This document shows positions 13,858 through 23,339 of a DNA stretch of 64,000 bases, one piece after another. A program made the position numbers and the translations under genes. The notes under the pieces were generated by a model that saw nothing but the letters and a program-made list of their open reading frames with translations, ran no database searches and was not told the DNA's origin. Numbering within the stretch: the stretch's first letter is position 1; each line of letters starts with the position of its first letter. This DNA comes from Macrostomum hystrix (taxonomy: Eukaryota > Animalia > Platyhelminthes), in NCBI GenBank assembly GCA_950097015.1, contig CATNEN010000001.1, positions 248,001-312,000 on the forward strand, written 5' to 3'.

Positions 13858-14689
13858 AAGTGTACTCGTTTTTACGACTCTACGTCTTTCACTGGTAAGT
13901 ATATATTTATATTTATGTGTTTTTTAAAGAATTGCATGCTTTGTATCTACCGTTTGCTTTGTAGCTAACTTTAGCCTTTCCGCGGCCGCTTATGTGAACA
14001 TTGAAAAGTTATGCTTAGATGTAAAGCCGGTCTTTAATCCACACGTAGTTTTTTCAATTTTTATATATTAGTCTAGTTTATTTAGTTATTTAGTTAGGCC
14101 CTACTAATTATTTAGCCACAGCTAAATACAGTCAGTGTTTTTAGACTTAACATTGCTTGTTGTTGCTTCATAATTTATATAATAGTAAAGCTCTCAAGTT
14201 TAAGAAGACTTGCAAGCAATGTAAAAATTAAAATTTTAAATCTTGAAAAAATGACCAGAATCAAGGTGTGTCCAAAATTGCATTTAACAATGAAACCTAA
14301 GTTTGAGGCTAGAAATCAGTGTTTGACAAAGTGACCAAGCTTTTTTGGCTATTTTGTCATCTAGTTTTTAACTAGCCATAGAATACAAGTAACAAAAACA
14401 CCACTAATTTAGACCCCACTAATCCTTGGATCCAGCCTTTTCTCTCGACACAATGTGCTAAGTAAACAGATGATTGAATAGGCCCATTCTTTTTGAATCA
14501 TTCCTTAACTTTTTCTGAAAAGTTTCGTTTTTAATTAATTAAATTAGAAATTAAATTAAATTAGAAATTCCTTTAATTAGAAAAAGGAATTTAGGAATCC
14601 AATCATTAATGTTGCTGGCAATGTTCTACTTCTATTTGTTATTCAGGTAAAGTTGCTCGCTTGGCAAATAATATGAATAAAAAGGCGAG

Positions 14690-15300
14690 AATCAACATTT
14701 AATGTTTAACAACGCGTTTCGCACGTTTCGTGCATCTTCAGGTTTATTAAAACGAATATAGCAAATAGAACAGCGAATAAATATGAGATTTTGGGTGAAC
14801 TTTATTCAATATTTTTTAATCAATAATTTAAAATTTTCCGAGTACATATTTGATATTCCGTAAGTCAAGAGGCAAGTCCAGGGGCGGATTGTTAGCATTA
14901 CAGCCAGCAGTGTAGAAAGTACAGCCAGTGCCCCCTCCCTCAGAACACACGGAGAACATGGCCTGCGCCACTGTGTTGGAGTTGAGTGTTGAGGTTGGGG
15001 GAATGAGCTTTAATGTACAACGCTTCAAGTATCTGCAGTTTGGAGTCAAATGAGCATTGGTCAATGACTTTGAAGCGCTCTTTGGGTTTGCAGCTGGAGC
15101 AGCTATTACATTCTAAGAGATGGTTTTGAATAGTCGACGGTTTCAGCCAGTGCTCCCTGATTCTATTGTGCAGGTGCCTTTTAGTCTTCCCCACGTAGGA
15201 GACGCTCTGGTCATCAGAGCAGTTGAATTGGTAAACTACACCAGCACGAAGAGCACAGGGAACACGTGACTTCAACCAACCGACAAAGTTGCCAACTTTA
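14690..15300 (-). mobile_element. Penelope-like retroelement 3' fragment (GIY-YIG endonuclease + 3' UTR)
   Basis: GVVYQFNCS...YVGKTKRHLHNRIREH...H...LEALYI...PNLNTQ is typical of the PLE GIY-YIG C-terminus. Confidence 0.88.
14706..14746 (-). ncRNA. Minimal type I hammerhead ribozyme of the Penelope element
   Basis: Reverse complement reads aac-CTGAAGA-t-gcacg-aaa-cgtgc-GAAA-cgcg-TT-gtt: core boxes, stem II, palindromic stem III, 3-bp stem I. Confidence 0.8.
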
Positions 15301-15342
15301 GCAAAAAGAAAGATGATGCTCTGATGACCAGAGCATAGGTTT

Positions 15343-15655
15343 TAGACCTATTCATACAAGCTGCCATGTGGATAAGCTGAAAATTATCGGCATGGCTCTG
15401 TATGAATAAAATTGAAATTAATAGCATGGTATTTTATATAAAAAGTTGTAGACCTATTCATACAAGCTGCCGTGTGGATAAGCTGAAAATTATCGGCATG
15501 GCTCTGTATGAATAAAATTGAAATTAATAGCATGGTATTTTATATAAAAAGTTGTAGACCTATTCATACAAGCTGCCGTGTGGATAGCAGAAAATTATCA
15601 GCACAGATCCATGTGGATAAAATTGAAATTATCGGCACGGGACCGTGGGAATAAG
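15343..15655. repeat. 106-bp tandem repeat (~3 units)
   Basis: tagacctattcatacaagc at 15343, 15449 and 15555. Confidence 0.85.
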
Positions 15656-15827
15656 CTCTGCCTATTACCTATAGTGCAAAAGGATTTTTGTGTATGACAG
15701 AAAGTAATTTTCTATTTCGTTTGGTTGTAAGGCGGTACAACAGTGTTTTTGTGTTTTTCTGTGTTCTTTTTGTTCCGTTCTTCCATGTTCTATATTCGTT
15801 TTTTGTTACAGATTTAGAACTAAAAGA

Positions 15828-15904
15828 ATGATGACATAGATCCAATCATGAGCACTGTGTTACTCTGCAACAATGATTGCACATTTTGAGCTTTTTAACC
15901 CTGA
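15828..15904 (+). ncRNA. Box C/D snoRNA, dual guide 18S Am668 (SNORD36/snR47-like) + Gm683 (SNORD19-like), copy 1
   Basis: C box atgatga; D' guide agatccaa pairs with 18S ttggatct; D guide gagctttttaac-c-ctga pairs with 18S gttaaaaagctc. Confidence 0.88.
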
Positions 15905-16079
15905 AATTGTTTACAACTGTATAACCTGTTGCTTCACCTAACAAATTAACTGTAAAAGCTTAACAATTCTCCCCCTTACCTTTTTAGATGCCCCATGAGT
16001 TGTGTGGTCCAATTGTTAAATAAAATGGTAAGATTTGAATATAATATTTGTTTTGTGCACCATAAGCAAAACATGTAAT

Positions 16080-16139
16080 GTGATGAGTTTTTTGGTGAAT
16101 TCTATGAAATCTAATGAAAATTTTTACATTGTATACTGA
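16080..16139 (+). ncRNA. Box C/D snoRNA, D' guide complementary to 28S agaattcaccaa; D guide tttacattgtat of uncertain target
   Basis: gtgatga...ctga with terminal aatg/catt stem; ttggtgaattct-atga; D box 78 nt before acceptor at 16217. Confidence 0.75.
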
Positions 16140-16512
16140 CATTTTTTTGTTGCTCTAAACTTATTGCCATTTATTAAGAACATTGCTCGTTATGAATTTT
16201 TTACTTTTCCATTTTAGATGCCTCATAAATGTAAAAAGCCAAGTCATAAGGTAACTGCTTTTTATTTATATTTATTAAGTTTTGTAGAGTTATGTTACAG
16301 TAACTTACTGTGGTATTTTTCTAGCCATCTTAGAATGCTAATGAAATTTTCTCATAAACTTTATGGGCTTCCAAATATCATTTTCAAGGTTTTACTTGTA
16401 TTCTCCTAAGAAGTATTTCTCTTTTCTTCTAGAACTCAAGTTCAAGTTTTTTATTTACTTTTTACTTTTCTAGAATGTCTTCTACATAATAAGTAGAGCA
16501 AAGTTGATAGAA

Positions 16513-16571
16513 ATGATGAATAAATCCGATTTGATCACGTATGATTTGAAGTCCGGTTGAACAATATCTGA
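16513..16571 (+). ncRNA. Box C/D snoRNA, orphan 'gatcacg-atga' family copy 1
   Basis: atgatga...ctga; conserved gatcacg-t-atga element shared with copies at 19425, 21219 and 26262. Confidence 0.65.
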
Positions 16572-16802
16572 TTTTTAAGCTATTTGTTAAAGTTAGTCTT
16601 TACATTACATTAAAAAATGTAAAATGTTTAAAATTTAAATGTAAATAATGTTTCTTAACCAGACCTTACCTAATTCCAGTTAAGCAGCGAACCTACTGCA
16701 CATGTGATGCCTAGTTCTTTAACGTAAACAAAATCTATTCAGGTGAGAATGCTAGTTTTTTGCTGTAATTTTATACTTTACTAAATGTAAACACTAATCT
16801 TA

Positions 16803-17130
16803 TTATGAATTCTTACCCGCTAAAAAATAGGGATCTCGGTGCTTCTTGCTGGCAAAATGGAATCACCCAATGAATCCTCCAGTTCAGAAGATTCCATGCT
16901 CAGAAACCGCCGAGGAATCGCCCGTAAATAATTCTCTGGTTGTCCCATGGGCCACTGGTTCGGGTGATTCTTCGGCGGTTTCCGCACAATTTACGGTTAC
17001 ATCGGCTGCTTCCTGGGTGGTTTCTCTAACTCTTGCGAGATAGGGGGGTTTTGGTAGATTCCACTCCTATTTTGCACAAAAACCGCCGAAGAAGCAGCCG
17101 AATTTCTTACAGGGTAACCGCACCATCTTT
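16803..17130 (+). pseudogene. SNORD51/76-like snoRNA copy disrupted by MITE insertion
   Basis: Flanks 'aaacactaatcttattatgaattctta | taaccgcaccatctttcgtcgaatgg' rejoin into a decayed copy of the snoRNA at 20940. Confidence 0.7.
16816..17114 (-). mobile_element. Same MITE, internally deleted copy
   Basis: cccgctaaaaaatagg...ttacaggg flanked by TA/TA. Confidence 0.82.
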
Positions 17131-17198
17131 CGTCGAATGGTTTTTCAATCAAAATTAATTTAATAATTTATAATAATAAGCCGGTGCTCAACACTTTC

Positions 17199-17274
17199 AT
17201 GATGCATAATTTACCAAACCATCTTTCGTCTGACAAGTAAAATTTCTTAATGCTGTCGACTATAATCGGTCTGA
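17199..17274 (+). ncRNA. Box C/D snoRNA, 28S Am807(yeast) guide (SNORD51/snR39-like), divergent copy
   Basis: C box atgatgc; accatctttcg-t-ctga pairs with 28S cgaaagatggt; terminal ctga at 17271-17274. Confidence 0.7.
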
Positions 17275-17470
17275 TTTATTGTTACTCTATTATTAAAAGT
17301 TTTATAATTTTTTTATTTTATTCTTAATGACTTTTCACCAACAACATACTTTTGCAGAACCATTTTATTCAAGATTAGCAGTTTTTTGCGTTATACTACT
17401 TACTAGCTGCTTGGTGAGGTGAGACTTATTTGCGTAAAATTATAATCCTGTCAATGTACTTTCCTATATT

Positions 17471-17528
17471 GTGATGACCAATTCTTACCTACATTGTATG
17501 ATCATTGTGACTAAATTTATTTATCTGA
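17471..17528 (+). ncRNA. Box C/D snoRNA SNORD34/snR62-like (28S Um), copy 1
   Basis: gtgatga; cttacctacattg-t-atga pairs with 28S caatgtaggtaag; ctga. Confidence 0.85.
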
Positions 17529-18106
17529 AAAATAATGACTGGGGGTAATTATACGATCCTGTCGTTGACAAAATATTTATGGTAATTGCCCTTTTTCCCA
17601 TTTCAGGCAAATTATTTTCAAAAATTAGTATAACACGAATTAAAATGTGAGTTCACAATTCAAAATATATGCTTCACTTTATGCTTAATAACATCCTTAA
17701 TAGATTCCTCAACAGATCGCGTTTGATTGAATAAAACAATTTTAAATGGGTCCAGCCTGAGTTTTCGTTTTTTCGTTTGCACAATTTCTCTAAATCAAAT
17801 TTTTTTTATTGACTATATGCTTTTTTTGTCTTTTTACAGGTTAATGCTCTATTTGCTGTTTCGTCGGAGAGTAAAGCGAACAACTATTGCATGTAAGTTT
17901 ATGCATCTACAGAATAACTAGTTTTATGTAAGCAAACAATAAATAAACACAATTCTAGTGTGGCATTTAGAAGTTATAGTACATATATATGCTTTACTAT
18001 CTAGCTGCAACTTTTTATATTTTAGAGTCGCTGTTTTAACAAATGAACAGATTTATAAGTTTTAGTGGTGTTCTTGAATATTTTACCAAGTATACAATAT
18101 TTATTA

Positions 18107-18185
18107 ATGATGAATCGATTCTGCCATATGACAGAGAAACGTTTGTCATGATCTAGACTTCTATTACCGTTCCATATTTTTCTGA
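18107..18185 (+). ncRNA. Box C/D snoRNA SNORD47-like (28S Cm3866), copy 1
   Basis: gattctgcca-t-atga D' guide plus the accgttcca element that human U47 also carries. Confidence 0.88.
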
Positions 18186-18470
18186 ATTCTCTAATCGACT
18201 TATATTCGCTTATTTTTAAACCTAATTGCTTTTTGAAAAAATTAATTAATTAGTAATTTAATGTGATTTTTCAGATAATGATGCTCCTTAGGAACTATCT
18301 TCTTCCTCAACGAAGGTAAGAACATAATAGTTTTATTCTTGATCAAATTATTTATTGTTTCTGTTATTATCAATAGTTATAAGATATGTTAAAAGTTAAA
18401 AGTTTTAACTCGATTTAAAAGTTTTCAAAAACATTGTTAGGTTTTAGTACTTTTACATGCACTGATATAA

Positions 18471-18540
18471 ATGATGATCAAAAACTTACCTACATTGTAT
18501 GACCGTAATAACGGCTTGACAACAGTACCAAACTTGCTGA
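18471..18540 (+). ncRNA. Box C/D snoRNA SNORD34-like, copy 2
   Basis: atgatga; cttacctacattg-t-atga; internal ccgt/acgg stem; accaaacttg-ctga. Confidence 0.88.
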
Positions 18541-18718
18541 AACAAAGTTCGGATTTAGGATTAGGAAAAACAAAAATGCCACGAAATTATCAACAAAACG
18601 TCTTTTTTTATTGTTTTAGCATAACAACCAGGTTCTATATTTCCGTCGTTTCCGCAACAAGTACAAAGGTAAGCCATAAGAATTTTAACTTATTTTTGTT
18701 GTGGTACTTCTATGTTTT

Positions 18719-18785
18719 GTGATGACAAACACGACGGTCTTCTGAATTACAGCAAATGAGGATGCCTATGTAATTTATTATCTGA
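18719..18785 (+). ncRNA. Box C/D snoRNA SNORD35/snR73-like (28S Cm4506), copy 1
   Basis: gtgatga; cacgacggtct-t-ctga pairs with 28S agaccgtcgtg; C' tgagga; ctga. Confidence 0.88.
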
Positions 18786-19052
18786 AAATTGTTGTCTTTA
18801 GTTCAATTAGTTCCTTTCAAAGTTTTCAACAATTAAACAACTTTATTTTCTAATTCTTTAATTTTTCAGGAGTGTGTCATCATTCAACCTGATGTTTTCA
18901 ACACCGTATAGAGTGAGTTTCGATTTCTTGGTTAAATAGTTGAAAAAAACTTTGTCAAGTATAATCGGGCTAGAAGTGTAAAAAATAGGGATGGTGTCAG
19001 CGCATTGTCAGTACTCTTAGTAATGTTTACTGATGGTAAGCACTGCTCCCCC

Positions 19053-19127
19053 ATGATGAATACCTAACCACACCATCTTTCGTCTGATGGTTATTTAATT
19101 ACATGATGTCTAAATTGCTACTTCTGA
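19053..19127 (+). ncRNA. Box C/D snoRNA, dual guide 28S Am807(y) (SNORD51-like) + Am1449(y) (SNORD76-like), copy 1
   Basis: caccatctttcg-t-ctga and ttgctact-t-ctga (pairs with 28S agtagcaa). Confidence 0.85.
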
Positions 19128-19424
19128 ATTTAGTGTTTTACACAATGAAAAGTTTATTTTTAATATTATGTTTAATTAAGAACTATGTTTTAAAATAATA
19201 TTCAACTTAACAAACTCAATTTTAGTTTTTTTCCGGATTTGTGACCAATTTAGATAATTTCTGACAATTTTACGGTGAGTTACGTCGCTTCATTAGTTAT
19301 GGAACTAAATAGCTACATGTATAAAACAGTGGTTCCAAACTGCTACTTGTAGAGCCTCCAATAACTAGTTTAAAGTCCTGTCTGTAATACTTTATGCTCA
19401 ATAAAATACTACTTAACTATAAAC

Positions 19425-19483
19425 ATGATGAATTGCTAATCAGATCACGTATGATTGACTAATCCTCCAAGTGCAAAATCTGA
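19425..19483 (+). ncRNA. Box C/D snoRNA, orphan 'agatcacg' family copy 2
   Basis: atgatga; aatcagatcacg-t-atga; ctga. Confidence 0.7.
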
Positions 19484-19608
19484 TTTTAAAACCTGACTTG
19501 CTATAGGTTAATACTTTATTAGCTATTTTAACTGACAAGTAAAGCGAATAACTAAATGCGAGTACATGTAAGTTTATTCTACTATAGATAGTTATAAGTA
19601 ATAGGCAC

Positions 19609-20029
19609 CCCGCTAAAAAATAGGGATGTTTCTTTGGGTGATTCCAGTTGAAATCTGCGGTGTTTCCAGTAAAAGAGACAGCCGAACGCTGGAAACATAC
19701 CAATCGGAATCCGGATGATTCCATGCTTGGAATCTACCCAACTGGGCGTTTTCTCGGTGCTTCTTGGTGGCGAGATGGAATCACCCAAAGAATCCTCCAG
19801 TTCGGAAGATTCCATGCTCAGAAACCGCCGAGGAATCGCCCGTAAATAATTCTCTGGTTGTCCCATGGGCCACTGGTTCGGGTGATTCTTCGGCGGTTTC
19901 CGCACAATTTACGGTTACATCGGCTGCTTCCTGGGTGGTTTCTCTAACTCTTGCGAGATAGGGGGGATTTTGGTAGATTCCACTCCTATTTTGCACAAAA
20001 AACCCGCCGAAGAAGCAGCCGAATTTTTA
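19609..20029 (-). mobile_element. Same MITE, one terminus truncated
   Basis: High identity to 2446-2863; terminal caggg missing. Confidence 0.8.
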
Positions 20030-20107
20030 TGATGAACCGATTCTGCCATATGACAGACAAATGTTTGTCATGATCTAGACTTCTATTACCGTTCCATATT
20101 TTTCTGA
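20029..20107 (+). ncRNA. Box C/D snoRNA SNORD47-like, copy 2
   Basis: Near-identical to 18107-18185. Confidence 0.85.
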
Positions 20108-20395
20108 GTTTTAAATCTTAAATTTACAGTCGTAGTTTTTTTAACAGAAATACTATGGCTAATTTATTTAATAAGTATTTGCATACTTTTTCAGATAATG
20201 ATGTACACTTCTGAGTAACTGTCAGCTTCTTAAACAAAGGTAAAGACATAAATGTATTGTTAATCAAATTATTGATTATTCCAGTTATTATACGTAGTTT
20301 TTAGAAACGAGTTTTATAACTCAATGTTCTGCTTTTCATAAACTTTTTAAGGTTTCTGAAATGTTCTTTTAAGCAACATGCTGTTAGCATAAATT

Positions 20396-20464
20396 ATGAT
20401 GATCAAAACTTACCTACATTGTATGACCGTAATAACGGCTTGACTAAATTACCAAACTTGCTGA
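20396..20464 (+). ncRNA. Box C/D snoRNA SNORD34-like, copy 3
   Basis: Near-identical to 18471-18540. Confidence 0.88.
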
Positions 20465-20649
20465 TGTAAAGTTTTTTTTAGTTATTTTTTTTAATTCACA
20501 TACGTTCAATAACATTTTAACGTCTTTTTTTATTTTTTTATTGTTTTAGGGTAACAACCTGATCTTCTATTTCTGTAGCTTCAGCAACAGGTACAAAGGT
20601 AAGCCGTATGCAATTTTAATGAATCGTTACTCATTATAATATACGACAT

Positions 20650-20719
20650 ATGATGACAAACACGACGGTCTTCTGAATTATAGTAATTAATGAGGATGCC
20701 TATGTACTATACTATCTGA
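20650..20719 (+). ncRNA. Box C/D snoRNA SNORD35-like, copy 2
   Basis: atgatgacaaacacgacggtcttctga...ctga. Confidence 0.88.
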
Positions 20720-20939
20720 AAACTGTTTTTATCAATTAGTTCCTTCTAAAGACAGGTTTACCAAATAACGCAACTATATAACTCTTCCGTTTTTTTCCAG
20801 GAGTATGTGAATTCAACGTGATGGTTTCAACACGTAGAAGGTAAGTTTGTTTACACATTTTGAGATTGATGATTTCGGGAAAAACTTATAAAGTGTGTAT
20901 TAATAATTAATTTGCATCGGTATATGAAACACTGGTCCT

Positions 20940-21014
20940 ATGATGAATACTTAACCACACCATCTTTCGTCTGATGGTTATTTAATTACATGATGTCTAA
21001 ATTGCTACTTCTGA
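20940..21014 (+). ncRNA. Box C/D snoRNA SNORD51/76-like dual guide, copy 2
   Basis: Near-identical to 19053-19127. Confidence 0.85.
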
Positions 21015-21218
21015 ATTTAGTGTTTTACATTGCAAAATGATTTATAATTGAAAAGTTAAGTTTAATTTGATAAAAGTGTGAATATTATGCAACTTTGTTA
21101 ACTCTATTTTAGATTTTTTCGCTTTGTGACCAATTTGGATGTATATTTTACTGTAAGTAACGTAAACTAATTTTCTTTAGTTTTTTTAATAATGAATTAG
21201 CTGTTTGTATAAAATAAA

Positions 21219-21284
21219 ATGATGTCGAATTATAATCAGATCACGAATGATAGATGTGACAGAATTCACCACGGGGGGAACTGA
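21219..21284 (+). ncRNA. Box C/D snoRNA, orphan 'agatcacg' family copy 3
   Basis: atgatgt C box; aatcagatcacg-a-atga; ctga. Confidence 0.6.
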
Positions 21285-21531
21285 AACAGTCAAACATACT
21301 GTTACATTACATACAGTATACTACAAGTCGTACTTTTGTTTAGACTATTTTTAAATGATATTAAACCATGTATAATTATACTCTATTTTTAGATATTATT
21401 TAGAATCCTTTTCACTGGCATCTATTTCAAACGAGTCGACGACACTAGATATGGTAAGAGATATAATTGTTTCTATTAATTAAGTATACTCTGTTCAATT
21501 GACATGATTAAAAATTTGGAATATTTTTTTA

Positions 21532-21596
21532 ATGATGACAAACACGACGGTCTTCCGAATAAGAAATACTGAGGATGCTTTTATATAATTTTCTGA
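21532..21596 (+). ncRNA. Box C/D snoRNA SNORD35-like, copy 3
   Basis: atgatgacaaacacgacggtcttccga (D' ccga); ctga. Confidence 0.83.
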
Positions 21597-21789
21597 AAAT
21601 AAATTTTCATTTAATGTGCTTCACTTGTGAATTATCGTAGCTTATTATTCTCCTAACTGTTAAATATGTCAATTGTATTTCAGAGTTTCTTAACAGCTTC
21701 TTTTATTGGTTCAAAACATCAAGCCAGGTAAGTTGATATATTTAATGTAATTTGGCTAATAACGTAATTTTCTGAACTTTGACTCTAAA

Positions 21790-22097
21790 TTTAACGGGCC
21801 AGATGGAGAATCTAAAAGACAACAGCAGCACGCATTGACGGTAGAAGTTTAAGATACATGAGAAACTAAAGTAGAGGAGATCAGACAGAAGAGATGACGT
21901 GGAGATAAGACACGGTAGAGACAAGACATGGGATAGATAAGGCACAGAAGAGACAAGACATGTGGGAGATAAAACACGATAGAGACGAGACACAGGTAAA
22001 ATGAACCAGGATCCTGTAGCTGTCGGTAGGGGCAGGAGCAACGGGCCGGATTTAAGAGCTTCGAAAGCCGCATCTGGCCCGCGGGCCGGAGTTTGGT
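21790..22097 (-). mobile_element. Diverged copy of the hAT-type MITE
   Basis: gccgcatctggcccgcgggccggagtttg is the reverse complement of the start of the 40303 element; GA-rich interior. Confidence 0.7.
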
Positions 22098-22269
22098 GAT
22101 TTCATAACATTGATAGGTTTTTTAGCACTTTTTATTTCTTCTCAAAGTATAAGATGAATAGACAATTAGTTTCTAACAGTTCCGTGTTGAAGGGAACTAG
22201 CAACGTACCGTCAATGACATTTACCAATTCATGAAGATATCTTGATTTATATTTTAAATATTAGTTTTA

Positions 22270-22335
22270 ATGATGACAAACACGACGGTCTTCTGAATTT
22301 AAAGCACTGAGGATGCTCTTATAAAATTAATCTGA
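22270..22335 (+). ncRNA. Box C/D snoRNA SNORD35-like, copy 4
   Basis: atgatgacaaacacgacggtcttctga; ctga. Confidence 0.87.
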
Positions 22336-22761
22336 ATATATGTTTATTTCATCTTTTTGATTGTCGTAGTTTGTAATTTTCACCTAACTAAATGCTAAAC
22401 ATTTCTCTGTTTATTTCCAGGATTTCTTTAAAAGCTTCCAAAAGTTTAATGCAGGAACTACGGGTGAGTTACACAATTTAAATCTGCTAAACTTTTAAGC
22501 TAATTATACTTGTCTACAATCAATTTACTTTAATTTTAAACTAATCGCATTATCTTTAATTATGGTATGCTTTCTAACGCAATTCTAATTCAAGTTTCAT
22601 AATCTAACCTAAATTGCAGTTGCACACCTGATGCCCAGTTTCTTAACCTCTCAGCGAAATCGATTCAGGTAAGAATGCTTGGTTTTTAGGTAGCAATTTC
22701 ATTTTTTTATTCCAATTACGACAGCCATTTTGGTACTACAAGTACTGTAAACACTGGTCCT

Positions 22762-22836
22762 ATGATGAATACTTAACCACACCATCTTTCGTCTGATGGT
22801 TTTTTAATTATATGATTTTTAAATTGCTACTTCTGA
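22762..22836 (+). ncRNA. Box C/D snoRNA SNORD51/76-like dual guide, copy 3
   Basis: Both guides intact. Confidence 0.85.
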
Positions 22837-23032
22837 TTTCATACTATTATATACATTATTAGATAAATAAGCTTAATTTCAGGTAACAATTTCTATGCCT
22901 TACATGTCGCTTAACTTTTCAGAATAATGAATTATCGAGATCGAGTCAAGACCACATGCTGTCTGTATATATTTGGACAGGTGAGTAGTTAACCATATTT
23001 GCTTCTAATTCACTGTGGCTTATAAATTCATT

Positions 23033-23110
23033 ATGATGAATACAGATCCAATTATGAGTTAGAAAATGGCCATGATTTTTCGTTATCAAATTCGAGCTTT
23101 TTAACCCTGA
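23033..23110 (+). ncRNA. Box C/D snoRNA SNORD36/19-like dual guide, copy 2
   Basis: cagatccaat-t-atga and cgagctttttaacc-ctga. Confidence 0.88.
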
Positions 23111-23339
23111 AAATGCAAATACTTAGCTTCTTATTCATATTTTTCATGCTTCACGATATTAACAAGCCTTTTTTAATTTACAATTTTTTAGATTTTGTTG
23201 ACTTCTCGAAACTCTGCATTATCAGTCTAATGTAAGTTTAGAGCTATCGTCTGCAGTGGCATTTTTTATGCTTACTATTTTATTCTGTTTCAATAGGCAC
23301 AATACAAGTTGCAGTCACTTTTTGAAACACCTGCCTCCG

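Noticed and set aside
14468-14518. Possible additional C/D snoRNA (gatgattga...ctga)
   Set aside because: Non-canonical C box, short, and no recognisable guide or paralogue
15313-15336. ctgatga flanked by atgctct/agagcat, as a possible second hammerhead
   Set aside because: Forms a simple hairpin; no downstream stem II-GAAA core
18525-18540. Second guide accaaacttg of SNORD34-like copies targeting 18S caagtctggt
   Set aside because: Has a mismatch next to the predicted site and is absent from copy 1; not supported without the native rRNA
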